Position numbers and translations under genes: made by a program. The notes below the pieces were generated by a model, which saw nothing but the letters and a program-made list of their open reading frames with translations, was not told the origin of the DNA and ran no database searches. Below are positions 55,653-64,000 of a DNA stretch of 64,000 bases, piece by piece. Origin of the DNA: an uncultured Pelagibacteraceae bacterium (lineage in GTDB: Bacteria > Pseudomonadota > Alphaproteobacteria > Pelagibacterales > AG-422-B15); assembly GCA_902544065.1 (NCBI GenBank), contig CACCAS010000001.1:66458-130457 (forward strand). Reading direction: 5' to 3'. The first letter of the stretch is position 1; the number at the start of each line of letters is the position of its first letter.

Positions 55653-57476
55653 ATGTGTGGAATAGTAGGTATTACAGCAAATGAGTCTGTTTCTTCAAAC
55701 ATAATTGGAGCCTTGAAGAAACTTGAGTACAGAGGTTACGATTCAGCCGGTATAGCTATTAATACTAAAAGCCAAATTCACCAAAAAAAAGCAAAAGGTA
55801 AGCTTGATAACTTAATACTGTCCCTTCAAAAAGATGGTTTTGATGGAAAGGTTGGAATTGGTCACACGAGGTGGGCTACACATGGCGAACCATCAGAAAG
55901 AAATGCCCATCCTCACTCGTCACGAAAAGTTTCGCTCGTCCATAATGGAATTATTGAAAATGCATCAGAGCTTAAAAGTAGAGCAGAATTAAAAAACTAT
56001 AATTTTGAGTCTGATACTGACTCTGAAGTTATAACAGCCCTGATTACTCATTATCTCAATGAAGGTCATGATCATATGGAGTCGGTTAAACAAACAATAT
56101 CACTTTTAGAGGGTTCTTATGCGTTAGCTATCATCTTTAGTGACCTTAAGGATAAAATAGTAGGTGCGAGGAATGGAAGCCCTTTGGTAGCGGGAACTGA
56201 CGGCAACTCCAGCTCGTTAGGATCTGATTCAATAGCATTAAGTTCAATTGCAAAAAAAGTATGTTATTTGGAAGATGGTGACATTGTCGTGCTAAGTAGA
56301 GAAAATATTGAGATCTACAATTCATCAGGAGATAAAGCCAATAGAGAATTTGTTGATATTGGTATTATGGATACAGAAGTTAGTAAGGGATCATACAATC
56401 ATTTTATGGAAAAAGAGATTCATGAGCATCCTAAGGCTGTTGGTGAAACATTTAGACAATTCATTGATCATGATCAGGGGATAATTTCAGTTGATGATAT
56501 AGGACTAAATTTCAATGATATTTCGAAGGTACATTTAATTGCTTGTGGCACAGCATACTACTCTTGCTTGGTTGCAAAATATTATTTTGAAAAATATGCA
56601 AGACTGCCTGTAGAGTGTGATATGGCATCAGAGTTTAGATACCGCGATCCTGTTCTTGATAATAAGGCATTATACATATTTGTTTCTCAATCAGGAGAAA
56701 CCGCAGATACAAAAGCAGCCTTAGACTACTGTAAAGATGCTAAGGTTAGAACTCTTAGTATTGTAAATGTTATGAACAGCTCAATTGCAAGAGAAAGTGA
56801 TTACTGTTTATATACAAAAGCAGGCGCAGAAATTGGTGTAGCTTCCACAAAAGCGTTTACAGCACAATTATCAGTTCTGTTATCAATGGCGCTACATTGT
56901 GGCACCAAAAATAACAATGTTACAATCGAGCAGAATAGGAAGATTTGCAAAGAAATTATGCAGGCTCCACAAATTCTAGAAAGGACAATTAAAAGATCTT
57001 ATGAATTAAAAGAAACTGCAAAATCCATCATAGATTCAAAAGGTGTAATGTATTTAGGAAGAGGTACAGCTTTTCCTCTCGCCTTAGAAGGTGCGCTAAA
57101 ATTCAAAGAAATCTCATATATACACGCGGAAGGTTATCCAGCTGGAGAAATGAAACACGGTCCACTTGCCTTGATTGAAAAAGATTTGCCAGTAGTATGC
57201 ATTGTTCCACCAGGTCCTCTATTTCATAAAACAGTGTCCAATATTCAAGAAGTCATTGCTCGGGGAGGTAGAATATTGATGATCACTGATGACGATAGTC
57301 TTGAGTCTAGTTCTGAAAATATATGGAAGATTTTTAGATTGCCAAAAACACCAAAATCAATTGAAGCAATTGTATATTCTGTTCCAATACACATGTTGGC
57401 GTACTATACAGCTGTTGAACTAGGTAATGATGTAGATCAACCCCGCAATCTTGCTAAATCAGTTACAGTTGAATAG
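55653..57476 (+). CDS. glmS: glutamine-fructose-6-phosphate aminotransferase (isomerising)
   Basis: 607 aa. N-terminal 'MCGIVG', 'HTRWATHG', two SIS domains, and the C-terminal 'LAKSVTVE'. Confidence 0.97.
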   Translation: MCGIVGITANESVSSNIIGALKKLEYRGYDSAGIAINTKSQIHQKKAKGKLDNLILSLQKDGFDGKVGIGHTRWATHGEPSERNAHPHSSRKVSLVHNGIIENASELKSRAELKNYNFESDTDSEVITALITHYLNEGHDHMESVKQTISLLEGSYALAIIFSDLKDKIVGARNGSPLVAGTDGNSSSLGSDSIALSSIAKKVCYLEDGDIVVLSRENIEIYNSSGDKANREFVDIGIMDTEVSKGSYNHFMEKEIHEHPKAVGETFRQFIDHDQGIISVDDIGLNFNDISKVHLIACGTAYYSCLVAKYYFEKYARLPVECDMASEFRYRDPVLDNKALYIFVSQSGETADTKAALDYCKDAKVRTLSIVNVMNSSIARESDYCLYTKAGAEIGVASTKAFTAQLSVLLSMALHCGTKNNNVTIEQNRKICKEIMQAPQILERTIKRSYELKETAKSIIDSKGVMYLGRGTAFPLALEGALKFKEISYIHAEGYPAGEMKHGPLALIEKDLPVVCIVPPGPLFHKTVSNIQEVIARGGRILMITDDDSLESSSENIWKIFRLPKTPKSIEAIVYSVPIHMLAYYTAVELGNDVDQPRNLAKSVTVE

Positions 57477-57494
57477 TTAATTAATTAAATTTTA

Positions 57495-58019
57495 ATGAGT
57501 GAGTTTAAAAATTTAATAGTACTTGGACCATTAATATACGTTATCCATCACTTTGAAGAACATATCATTTTTAATTTTAGGGAATGGAGAGTCAAATATT
57601 TTTCTGACAATAATTCAATTCCAACCGAAGTCATCTTAATAATATTGTCATCATTATTGTTGCTTTTTATTTTTTTTCACCTAATTCAAAAAAATCGAGC
57701 AAGTGCTCATCTTGTATTATTTTTTTTAATGACCACTCAAGTTGTAAATGCTTTTTTTCACATATTTTTTAGTTTTTATTATAATGATTTTAGTCCAGGA
57801 ACAATTACGGGTATAATTCTCTATCTGCCAATCAATATTTTAATTATTTCAGCCGCATTCAAAGAGAGCTTTCTTAAAAGTTATATTGAATTAGCAATAA
57901 TAGGACTATTTGGAATTGCAACTTTTTCTTTATTTGAATTATTTGGTCCAATTGTTATTGGCCTATCAATAATAGTCTCTTTTTTATACTATACGTTTTT
58001 TAAAAATAAATTAGTATAA
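57495..58019 (+). CDS. HXXEE-domain membrane protein
   Basis: 174 aa with 5 hydrophobic segments. Has the 'HHFEEH' motif near the N-terminus. Confidence 0.6.
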   Translation: MSEFKNLIVLGPLIYVIHHFEEHIIFNFREWRVKYFSDNNSIPTEVILIILSSLLLLFIFFHLIQKNRASAHLVLFFLMTTQVVNAFFHIFFSFYYNDFSPGTITGIILYLPINILIISAAFKESFLKSYIELAIIGLFGIATFSLFELFGPIVIGLSIIVSFLYYTFFKNKLV

Positions 58020-58024
58020 GTCCC

Positions 58025-58708
58025 ATGACAGTAACTCTCAAAGAAGAAGGTGATGTATCAATCATTCATATGGATGATGGTAAAGTAAATGTTTTTTCAC
58101 CAGAGATGATTCAGAATTTTGAAAAAATTATGGATAAAATTCCAACCAATAAGGGTTCAGTTTTAATCACAGGAAGACCTGGCATGTTTTCAGCTGGATT
58201 TGATTTAAAGGTTATGATGTCGAGTCCTGAAAATGCTGCCGCTATGGTAAAATCTGGATTCTTAATGTTGAAAAGAGTTTTCTCATTTCCTCGTCCTGTA
58301 GTTGCTGCATGTAGTGGACACGCTATTGCCCTTGGGGCTTTTCTTTTATGCAGCAGTGATTACCGCGTTGGCTGTGAAGGTGATTTTAAGGTTGGGGCAA
58401 ATGAATTAAGAAACAATATGATTGTGCCAACACCTATTTTAGAAATTGCAAAATTTAAATTAACAAAATCACACAAGCAAAGGGCACTTCTCAACGCTGA
58501 AATGTATTCAATAAAAGATTCTATCGAACCAGGATATATTGATGAAGTTGCAAGTCCTGAAAGTTTTTATGATGTCGCCCTAGCCAAAGCTAAAGATTTA
58601 GCAACTTTGGCACACCCTCAATATGATCAAACTAAAAAACTCGATCAGGAAGATGTGTTACCTAAAATTAGCAAAGGTATAGAACAAATCACCTCACCTG
58701 TTGGGTAA
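58025..58708 (+). CDS. enoyl-CoA hydratase/isomerase (crotonase) family protein
   Basis: 227 aa. 'FSAGFDLK' oxyanion-hole region and 'VVAACSGHAIALGAFLL'. Confidence 0.8.
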   Translation: MTVTLKEEGDVSIIHMDDGKVNVFSPEMIQNFEKIMDKIPTNKGSVLITGRPGMFSAGFDLKVMMSSPENAAAMVKSGFLMLKRVFSFPRPVVAACSGHAIALGAFLLCSSDYRVGCEGDFKVGANELRNNMIVPTPILEIAKFKLTKSHKQRALLNAEMYSIKDSIEPGYIDEVASPESFYDVALAKAKDLATLAHPQYDQTKKLDQEDVLPKISKGIEQITSPVG

Positions 58709-58804
58709 ATCAAATTTATCTAATAATATCAATATATTTAGCTAAGACTCTAGCAATTTAGATTATTTGGTACTATAAGGCTGAAAAATATTGAGTTTTT
58801 AAAA

Positions 58805-60184
58805 ATGAGTAAATGGACCGTAAATAGTTGGAGAGGATACAAAGCAAAACATATTCCTGAATATCCGGTTAAATCAGAGTTAGAAAAAACTGAAAGCCAA
58901 CTTAAAACATATCCCCCTCTAGTTTTTGCAGGGGAAGCAAGAGATTTAAAAAGACATCTCGCTAAAGTCTCAGAAGGTAAAGCGTTTCTATTACAAGGCG
59001 GAGATTGCGCAGAAAGTTTTGACGACTTCAATGCTGATTATATACGAGATACTTTCAAAGTTCTTTTACAAATGTCAGTGACACTTACAGCAGCAGGTAA
59101 TTGTCCTGTTGTAAAAGTTGGAAGAATGGCGGGACAATTTGCTAAACCAAGAAGTTCACCTAAAGAAGAAATTAATGGAGTTGAGTTAGAAAGTTATAAA
59201 GGTGATATCATTAATGGTATGGAGTTTACTAAGTCTTCAAGAGCGCCTGACCCTCAAAGAATGATCAGAGCATACACTCAATCAGCAGCTACTCTTAATT
59301 TACTTCGAGCTTTTGCAAAGGGAGGTTTTTCTGATTTAAATAAAGTTCACCAATGGAATATGGGCTTTGTTGATGAAAGTCCGCAAGGAAAAAAATTCAG
59401 AGATCTAGCTGACAAAATTTCAGATACATTATCTTTCATGGATGCCATAGGCATCTCATCTGGCAATACAAAAAGATTAAGAAATGTTGATTTTTTTACA
59501 AGTCATGAAGCACTCCTTTTGCCGTATGAGGAATGTTTAACACGTACAGATAGTACAACTGGCGAAGTTTACGATACATCCGCTCACATGGTGTGGATTG
59601 GTGATAGAACAAGACAACTTGACGGAGCCCACGTAGAATTTTGTAGAGGCATAAAAAATCCTATTGGAATTAAGTGCGGTCCAACTTTAGATCCTGATGA
59701 ATTAAAGAAGTTGATCGATGTATTAAACCCAGAGAATGAAGCAGGTAAAATTACCTTAATCTGTAGATTTGGGGTTGATAACATTGAAGAGAAGTTGCCC
59801 AAATTAGTTGGCCCTTTTGCTAACTCAGATTACAACCTTGTTTGGTCATGCGACCCTATGCACGGTAATACTATGAAAGCTAATTCTGGCTTTAAGACCA
59901 GACCTTTCGAGAGAGTTATTAAAGAAGTTGAGTCATTTTTTGATATTCATCACTCTTTAGGAACATATCCTGGTGGAGTGCATTTAGAGATGACAGGGCA
60001 AAATGTTACTGAGTGCATTGGCGGTGCCCAGGCAATAAAAGATGAAGATTTATCTGCCAGATACCATACTCATTGTGACCCCAGACTTAATGCAAACCAA
60101 GCATTAGAACTTGCTTTCTTAATATCTGATAAGCTCAGAGAATCTCAAGAACCTCTAAAGTCAAAAATTATAATTGCCAAGTAA
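58805..60184 (+). CDS. 3-deoxy-7-phosphoheptulonate (DAHP) synthase, class II (plant-like)
   Basis: 459 aa. 'WTVNSWR...AKHIPEYP', 'LLQGGDCAESF', 'GRMAGQFAKPRS', 'WSCDPMHGNT'. Confidence 0.93.
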   Translation: MSKWTVNSWRGYKAKHIPEYPVKSELEKTESQLKTYPPLVFAGEARDLKRHLAKVSEGKAFLLQGGDCAESFDDFNADYIRDTFKVLLQMSVTLTAAGNCPVVKVGRMAGQFAKPRSSPKEEINGVELESYKGDIINGMEFTKSSRAPDPQRMIRAYTQSAATLNLLRAFAKGGFSDLNKVHQWNMGFVDESPQGKKFRDLADKISDTLSFMDAIGISSGNTKRLRNVDFFTSHEALLLPYEECLTRTDSTTGEVYDTSAHMVWIGDRTRQLDGAHVEFCRGIKNPIGIKCGPTLDPDELKKLIDVLNPENEAGKITLICRFGVDNIEEKLPKLVGPFANSDYNLVWSCDPMHGNTMKANSGFKTRPFERVIKEVESFFDIHHSLGTYPGGVHLEMTGQNVTECIGGAQAIKDEDLSARYHTHCDPRLNANQALELAFLISDKLRESQEPLKSKIIIAK

Positions 60185-60219
60185 TTGCGACTAAATTAAT
60201 TAGTTGTAATATCAGTCAA

Positions 60220-61866
60220 ATGACAGAAAAAATTTCAGTATTAGTAGTCCAATCAAACCCAGTTGTTGGGAATATTGCATTCAACAAACAGATTGTAATT
60301 GATCACATGAAAAATAATAATTCTGATCTAATTTTATTTTCAGAGCTAATGTTAACTGGTTACCCACCAGAGGATTTAATTCTTAAGCCTGCTTTTATGA
60401 AAAAAGTTCACGAAGCGGTTGATGAGATTGTCAATCTATCAAGAGGTAAGAACTCAACTGTTGTACTAGGTACACCTTGGTTAGATAAAGATAATTTATT
60501 TAATGCTGCAGTAGTCATTCATGATGGAAAAATCTTACATAAACATTACAAGATGGCTCTTCCAAACTATGGGGTATTTGATGAAAAGAGAATATTTTCT
60601 AATGGAGAAACAGTAAGCGTTATAGATTTTAAAGGTCTTAATCTGGGGATATTTATTTGTGAAGATATTTGGGTAAATCAAACCATCACTGAAATTGGTG
60701 AACAACAAATCGATCTTGCTGTTTCTCTAAATGCATCTCCTTTTGACATCAATAAAATCAACGAGAGAGAAAAGAAAGCTATCGAATTTTCAAAATCTAT
60801 TGCTGCACCTCTCATCTATGTTAATCAAGTAGGAGGTCAAGATGAAATAGTCTTTGATGGAAGTTCATTCCTGAATGATCAAGAAAAAGTTATCTACAAA
60901 CTTAAGCACTGCCAGTCAGAATCTAAAGAATTCGAATTTAATGAAGATCACAAATTTGTAATTGAAGATGCATTCTCTTATCATACTGATATGGATGACG
61001 TCATTTACTCCAGTTTAATCCTGGGTCTGAGGGATTATGTTGAAAAGAATAATTTTCCAGGCGTTGTTTTAGGAATATCAGGAGGTATTGATAGTGCTTT
61101 TAGTGCAGCCGTAGCCACTGATGCACTTGGCCCCTCAAGAGTAAAAGGTATCTTAATGCCCTCAAAATATACAAGTATTGAGAGCAATACAGATGCATCA
61201 GAATTAGGAAACAATTTAGGCATTGAACTTATGAACATATCTATCAATGAAATTGTTAACTCATACGACAACACACTTAATGATTTATTTTCTGGAACAG
61301 AAAAAGACATTACTGAGGAAAACATTCAATCGCGAACCAGAGGTGCGATTTTGATGGCCTATTCAAACAAATTTGGCCACATGGTTATCACTAATGGTAA
61401 TAAATCAGAGGTATCTGTTGGTTATTCGACTCTTTATGGGGATATGTGTGGAGGGTTCTCAGTAGTTAAAGACATTTATAAAACTGATTTATTTAAATTG
61501 TCGGAATGGAGAAACAAAAATAAACCCTCTTTATCGTTGTTAGATAAGAATGAGATTATACCAAACAATATTATAACCAAGGAACCTACAGCTGAATTAA
61601 AAGAAGATCAGAAAGACAGTGATTCACTCCCACCCTATGATGTATTGGATAAAGTATTATACCATCTTGTTGAAAAAGAAAGTTCAGTTAAAGAGATTGT
61701 AGATCAAGGATTTGATAAAGAATTAGTTAAAAGAATTCAAAATCTACTCTACAATTCAGAATATAAAAGAAGACAAGCGGCACCAGGCGTGAAAATTTCT
61801 GAGAGAAATTTTGGCTATGACAGAAGATATCCGATCACGAATGCATTTAGAGATATGGAAAATTAA
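60220..61866 (+). CDS. nadE: glutamine-dependent NAD+ synthetase
   Basis: 548 aa. N-terminal nitrilase-like domain ('FSELMLTGYPPEDL', 'GIFICEDIW') plus a synthetase domain ('GISGGIDSA', 'TNGNKSEVSVGYSTLYGDM'). Confidence 0.92.
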   Translation: MTEKISVLVVQSNPVVGNIAFNKQIVIDHMKNNNSDLILFSELMLTGYPPEDLILKPAFMKKVHEAVDEIVNLSRGKNSTVVLGTPWLDKDNLFNAAVVIHDGKILHKHYKMALPNYGVFDEKRIFSNGETVSVIDFKGLNLGIFICEDIWVNQTITEIGEQQIDLAVSLNASPFDINKINEREKKAIEFSKSIAAPLIYVNQVGGQDEIVFDGSSFLNDQEKVIYKLKHCQSESKEFEFNEDHKFVIEDAFSYHTDMDDVIYSSLILGLRDYVEKNNFPGVVLGISGGIDSAFSAAVATDALGPSRVKGILMPSKYTSIESNTDASELGNNLGIELMNISINEIVNSYDNTLNDLFSGTEKDITEENIQSRTRGAILMAYSNKFGHMVITNGNKSEVSVGYSTLYGDMCGGFSVVKDIYKTDLFKLSEWRNKNKPSLSLLDKNEIIPNNIITKEPTAELKEDQKDSDSLPPYDVLDKVLYHLVEKESSVKEIVDQGFDKELVKRIQNLLYNSEYKRRQAAPGVKISERNFGYDRRYPITNAFRDMEN

Positions 61867-63195
61867 ATGACAACAGTAACAAGGTTTGCACCAAGTCCAA
61901 CAGGTTTATTGCATCTTGGAAACATTAGAACAGCATTAATTAATTGGTTATATGCACGTACCAATAATGGAAAATTCATTTTAAGGATTGATGATACTGA
62001 TTTAGAAAGATCAAAAGATGAGTATATTTCTCAGATCAAATATGATCTTGATTGGCTGGGGATTGATTTTGATGAAACGTTCAATCAATCGTCTCGTTTT
62101 GACAGATACAAAGAGCAATTTGAGAAATTAAAAGCGGATGGCAGAATTTACCCTTGCTATGAAACACCCGAAGAACTTGAGAGAAAAAGAAAGTTACTCA
62201 TCGCAGCTGGTGGCAAGCAAGTGTACGACCGGTCTGCAATGGAATTAACAGATCAACAAAAAAAAGATTATGAAGCAGAAGGAAGAAAACCCCACTGGAG
62301 ATTCTTATTAAAAACTGAACGTATGAAATGGGATGATTTACTTAAAGGAGAAATAGATATAGACCTCACCAGTTTGTCTGACCCTGTCTTGTTTAGAGAG
62401 GATGGCGTTCCTTTATATACTTTTAGTTCAGCTGTAGATGATATTGATTATGATATAACCAACGTCATCAGAGGAGATGATCATACGAGCAATACGGCGG
62501 TTCAAGTAGAAATTATCAACGCGTTGGATCAAAATAAAATAACTTTTGCCCATCACGCTTTACTAAAAGCATCAAGTGGCGATAAATTGTCAAAAAGAGA
62601 CAATGTCATATCCATTACTAGTTTCAGGGAAGCAAATATGGAGCCCATATCAATATTAAGTTTATTGTCGACCATCGGCACATCTAATTCTATCGAATTA
62701 AAAGACGACATGGATCAAATAAAAAGAGAATTCAAATTGAGTACAATTTCAACTTCACCTGGTCGAATTGAAATTGATGTATTGAATGCTCTTAATAAAA
62801 AACAGGTTCAAAAATACAATTTTAATGAGATCGAAGAGAGATTAAAAAAGATTGATAAAAAAATTGATCAAAAGTTTTGGGAAACAATCAGAGGCAATCT
62901 GAATGTTGTTGAAGATATAAAACAATGGACGGAGATTGTATTTAATAGTGAGACCATCAAGCCCTCTGATAAAGACTATATAAAGATTGCAATGGAATTG
63001 ATTCCTGATGATCCATGGAATGATGAAACATGGGGACAATGGACTTCAGCCATAAAAGAGAAAACTGGTAGAAAAGGAAAAGAGTTATTCTTGCCTCTTA
63101 GAGAAGCCTTTACCGGACTTAATCATGGTCCAGAAATGAAACTACTTATTCAATTACTGGGTAGAGAAAAGATCATAGAAAGAGTTGAGTTATAA
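61867..63195 (+). CDS. gltX: glutamyl-tRNA synthetase
   Basis: 442 aa. 'RFAPSPTGLLHLGNIRTAL' (HIGH region), 'RIDDTD', 'KLSKR' (KMSKS variant). The ATG is directly adjacent to the nadE stop. Confidence 0.93.
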   Translation: MTTVTRFAPSPTGLLHLGNIRTALINWLYARTNNGKFILRIDDTDLERSKDEYISQIKYDLDWLGIDFDETFNQSSRFDRYKEQFEKLKADGRIYPCYETPEELERKRKLLIAAGGKQVYDRSAMELTDQQKKDYEAEGRKPHWRFLLKTERMKWDDLLKGEIDIDLTSLSDPVLFREDGVPLYTFSSAVDDIDYDITNVIRGDDHTSNTAVQVEIINALDQNKITFAHHALLKASSGDKLSKRDNVISITSFREANMEPISILSLLSTIGTSNSIELKDDMDQIKREFKLSTISTSPGRIEIDVLNALNKKQVQKYNFNEIEERLKKIDKKIDQKFWETIRGNLNVVEDIKQWTEIVFNSETIKPSDKDYIKIAMELIPDDPWNDETWGQWTSAIKEKTGRKGKELFLPLREAFTGLNHGPEMKLLIQLLGREKIIERVEL

Positions 63196-64000
63196 ATGTC
63201 ACTGAATTTATACGACACATTCTCAAACTCAAAAAAAAAGTTTGAACCAATTGATCCAAAAAATATCAGAATGTATGTTTGTGGTCCCACAGTGTACGAC
63301 TATCCACATGTAGGAAACGCAAGACCTGTTATAGTTTTTGATATTTTATTTCGAATTCTTCAAAATATATACGGTGCCGAGCATGTAACATACGTGAGAA
63401 ATATAACTGACGTTGATGATAAGATTATAAATGCCTCTCAAGAAAATAATGAAGATATCAATGAATTAACTTCAAGAACCATTAATTATTTTCACGCTGA
63501 TGCGAAATATATAGGAGCAATGGAACCCTCCTATGAGCCCAGAGCAACGGATCACATAGCTGAAATGATTAATATTATTGAGACTTTAATTGAAAAAAAT
63601 TATGCCTATGTTGCAGAGAATAACGTTCTTTTTTCATCTACTAAATTTTCTAAATATGGATCATTATCAGGAAAAAACCTTGAAGAAATGATTGCTGGAT
63701 CAAGAGTTGATGTTGAAAGCTATAAGCAAGAAGCATCAGATTTTATACTATGGAAGCCTTCTAAAGATAACGAGCCTGGATGGGACAGTCCATGGGGCAA
63801 GGGAAGACCTGGATGGCATATAGAGTGTTCAGCAATGAGTGAAAAATTATTAGGTAAAACTTTTGATATTCATGGTGGTGGGCAAGATTTAATTTTCCCA
63901 CATCACGAAAATGAAATCGCTCAAAGTGAGTGTGCGAACGGAAAAAAATTTGCAAATTACTGGGTTCATAATGGCTTTGTCACAGTCGAAGGAAATAAAA
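63196..64000 (+). CDS. cysS: cysteinyl-tRNA synthetase, 5' part (runs off the window end)
   Basis: Translated by hand: '[44 protein letters not shown]...', later '[20 protein letters not shown]' and '[20 protein letters not shown]'. There is no stop before 64000, which is why the ORF track omits it. Confidence 0.93.
   Translation, partial: MSLNLYDTFSNSKKKFEPIDPKNIRMYVCGPTVYDYPHVGNARPVIVFDILFRILQNIYGAEHVTYVRNITDVDDKIINASQENNEDINELTSRTINYFHADAKYIGAMEPSYEPRATDHIAEMINIIETLIEKNYAYVAENNVLFSSTKFSKYGSLSGKNLEEMIAGSRVDVESYKQEASDFILWKPSKDNEPGWDSPWGKGRPGWHIECSAMSEKLLGKTFDIHGGGQDLIFPHHENEIAQSECANGKKFANYWVHNGFVTVEGNK

Noticed and set aside
58750-59031. 93-aa minus-strand ORF overlapping the DAHP synthase start
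   Set aside because: It is antisense to a well-supported class II DAHP synthase N-terminus, and no independent support exists.

Overview
The window is a densely packed (about 95% coding), AT-rich stretch of core chromosome. Its content and order look like a streamlined marine alphaproteobacterium (Pelagibacterales/HIMB59-like). That assignment is an inference from gene content, the alphaproteobacterial murA-DUF2948-hisD-infA-maf and purD/xseA arrangements, an atypical tRNA-His, and a plant-type GshA and DAHP synthase. I support about 64 protein genes: housekeeping translation and tRNA-charging genes (infA, hisS, ileS, gltX, cysS), histidine genes (hisD, hisZ, hisG), groESL, a late lipid A/Kdo cluster (msbA-DUF374-waaA-lpxK-lpxL), glmU-glmS, nadE, purD, and seven acyl-CoA-metabolism genes. 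There are also two tRNAs (Phe-GAA, His-GUG), one clear cobalamin riboswitch and one clear bidirectional terminator. I see no rRNA, CRISPR array, transposase, integrase, phage gene or recognisable defence/toxin system, so I cannot claim a novel mobile or defence system. The observations most worth follow-up are:
- A His-codon-rich mini-ORF with mutually exclusive hairpins upstream of hisS-hisZ-hisG, a candidate attenuator.
- A B12 riboswitch controlling a TonB-dependent receptor followed by a small BtuM-like membrane protein.
- Two tandem acyl-CoA dehydrogenase pairs in which only one partner keeps a catalytic Glu (alpha2beta2-type).
- A split bacterial version of the ACAD10/11 kinase plus dehydrogenase module.
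- Several tightly coupled genes of unknown function.
All homology calls come from reading the translations by eye; no searches were run.
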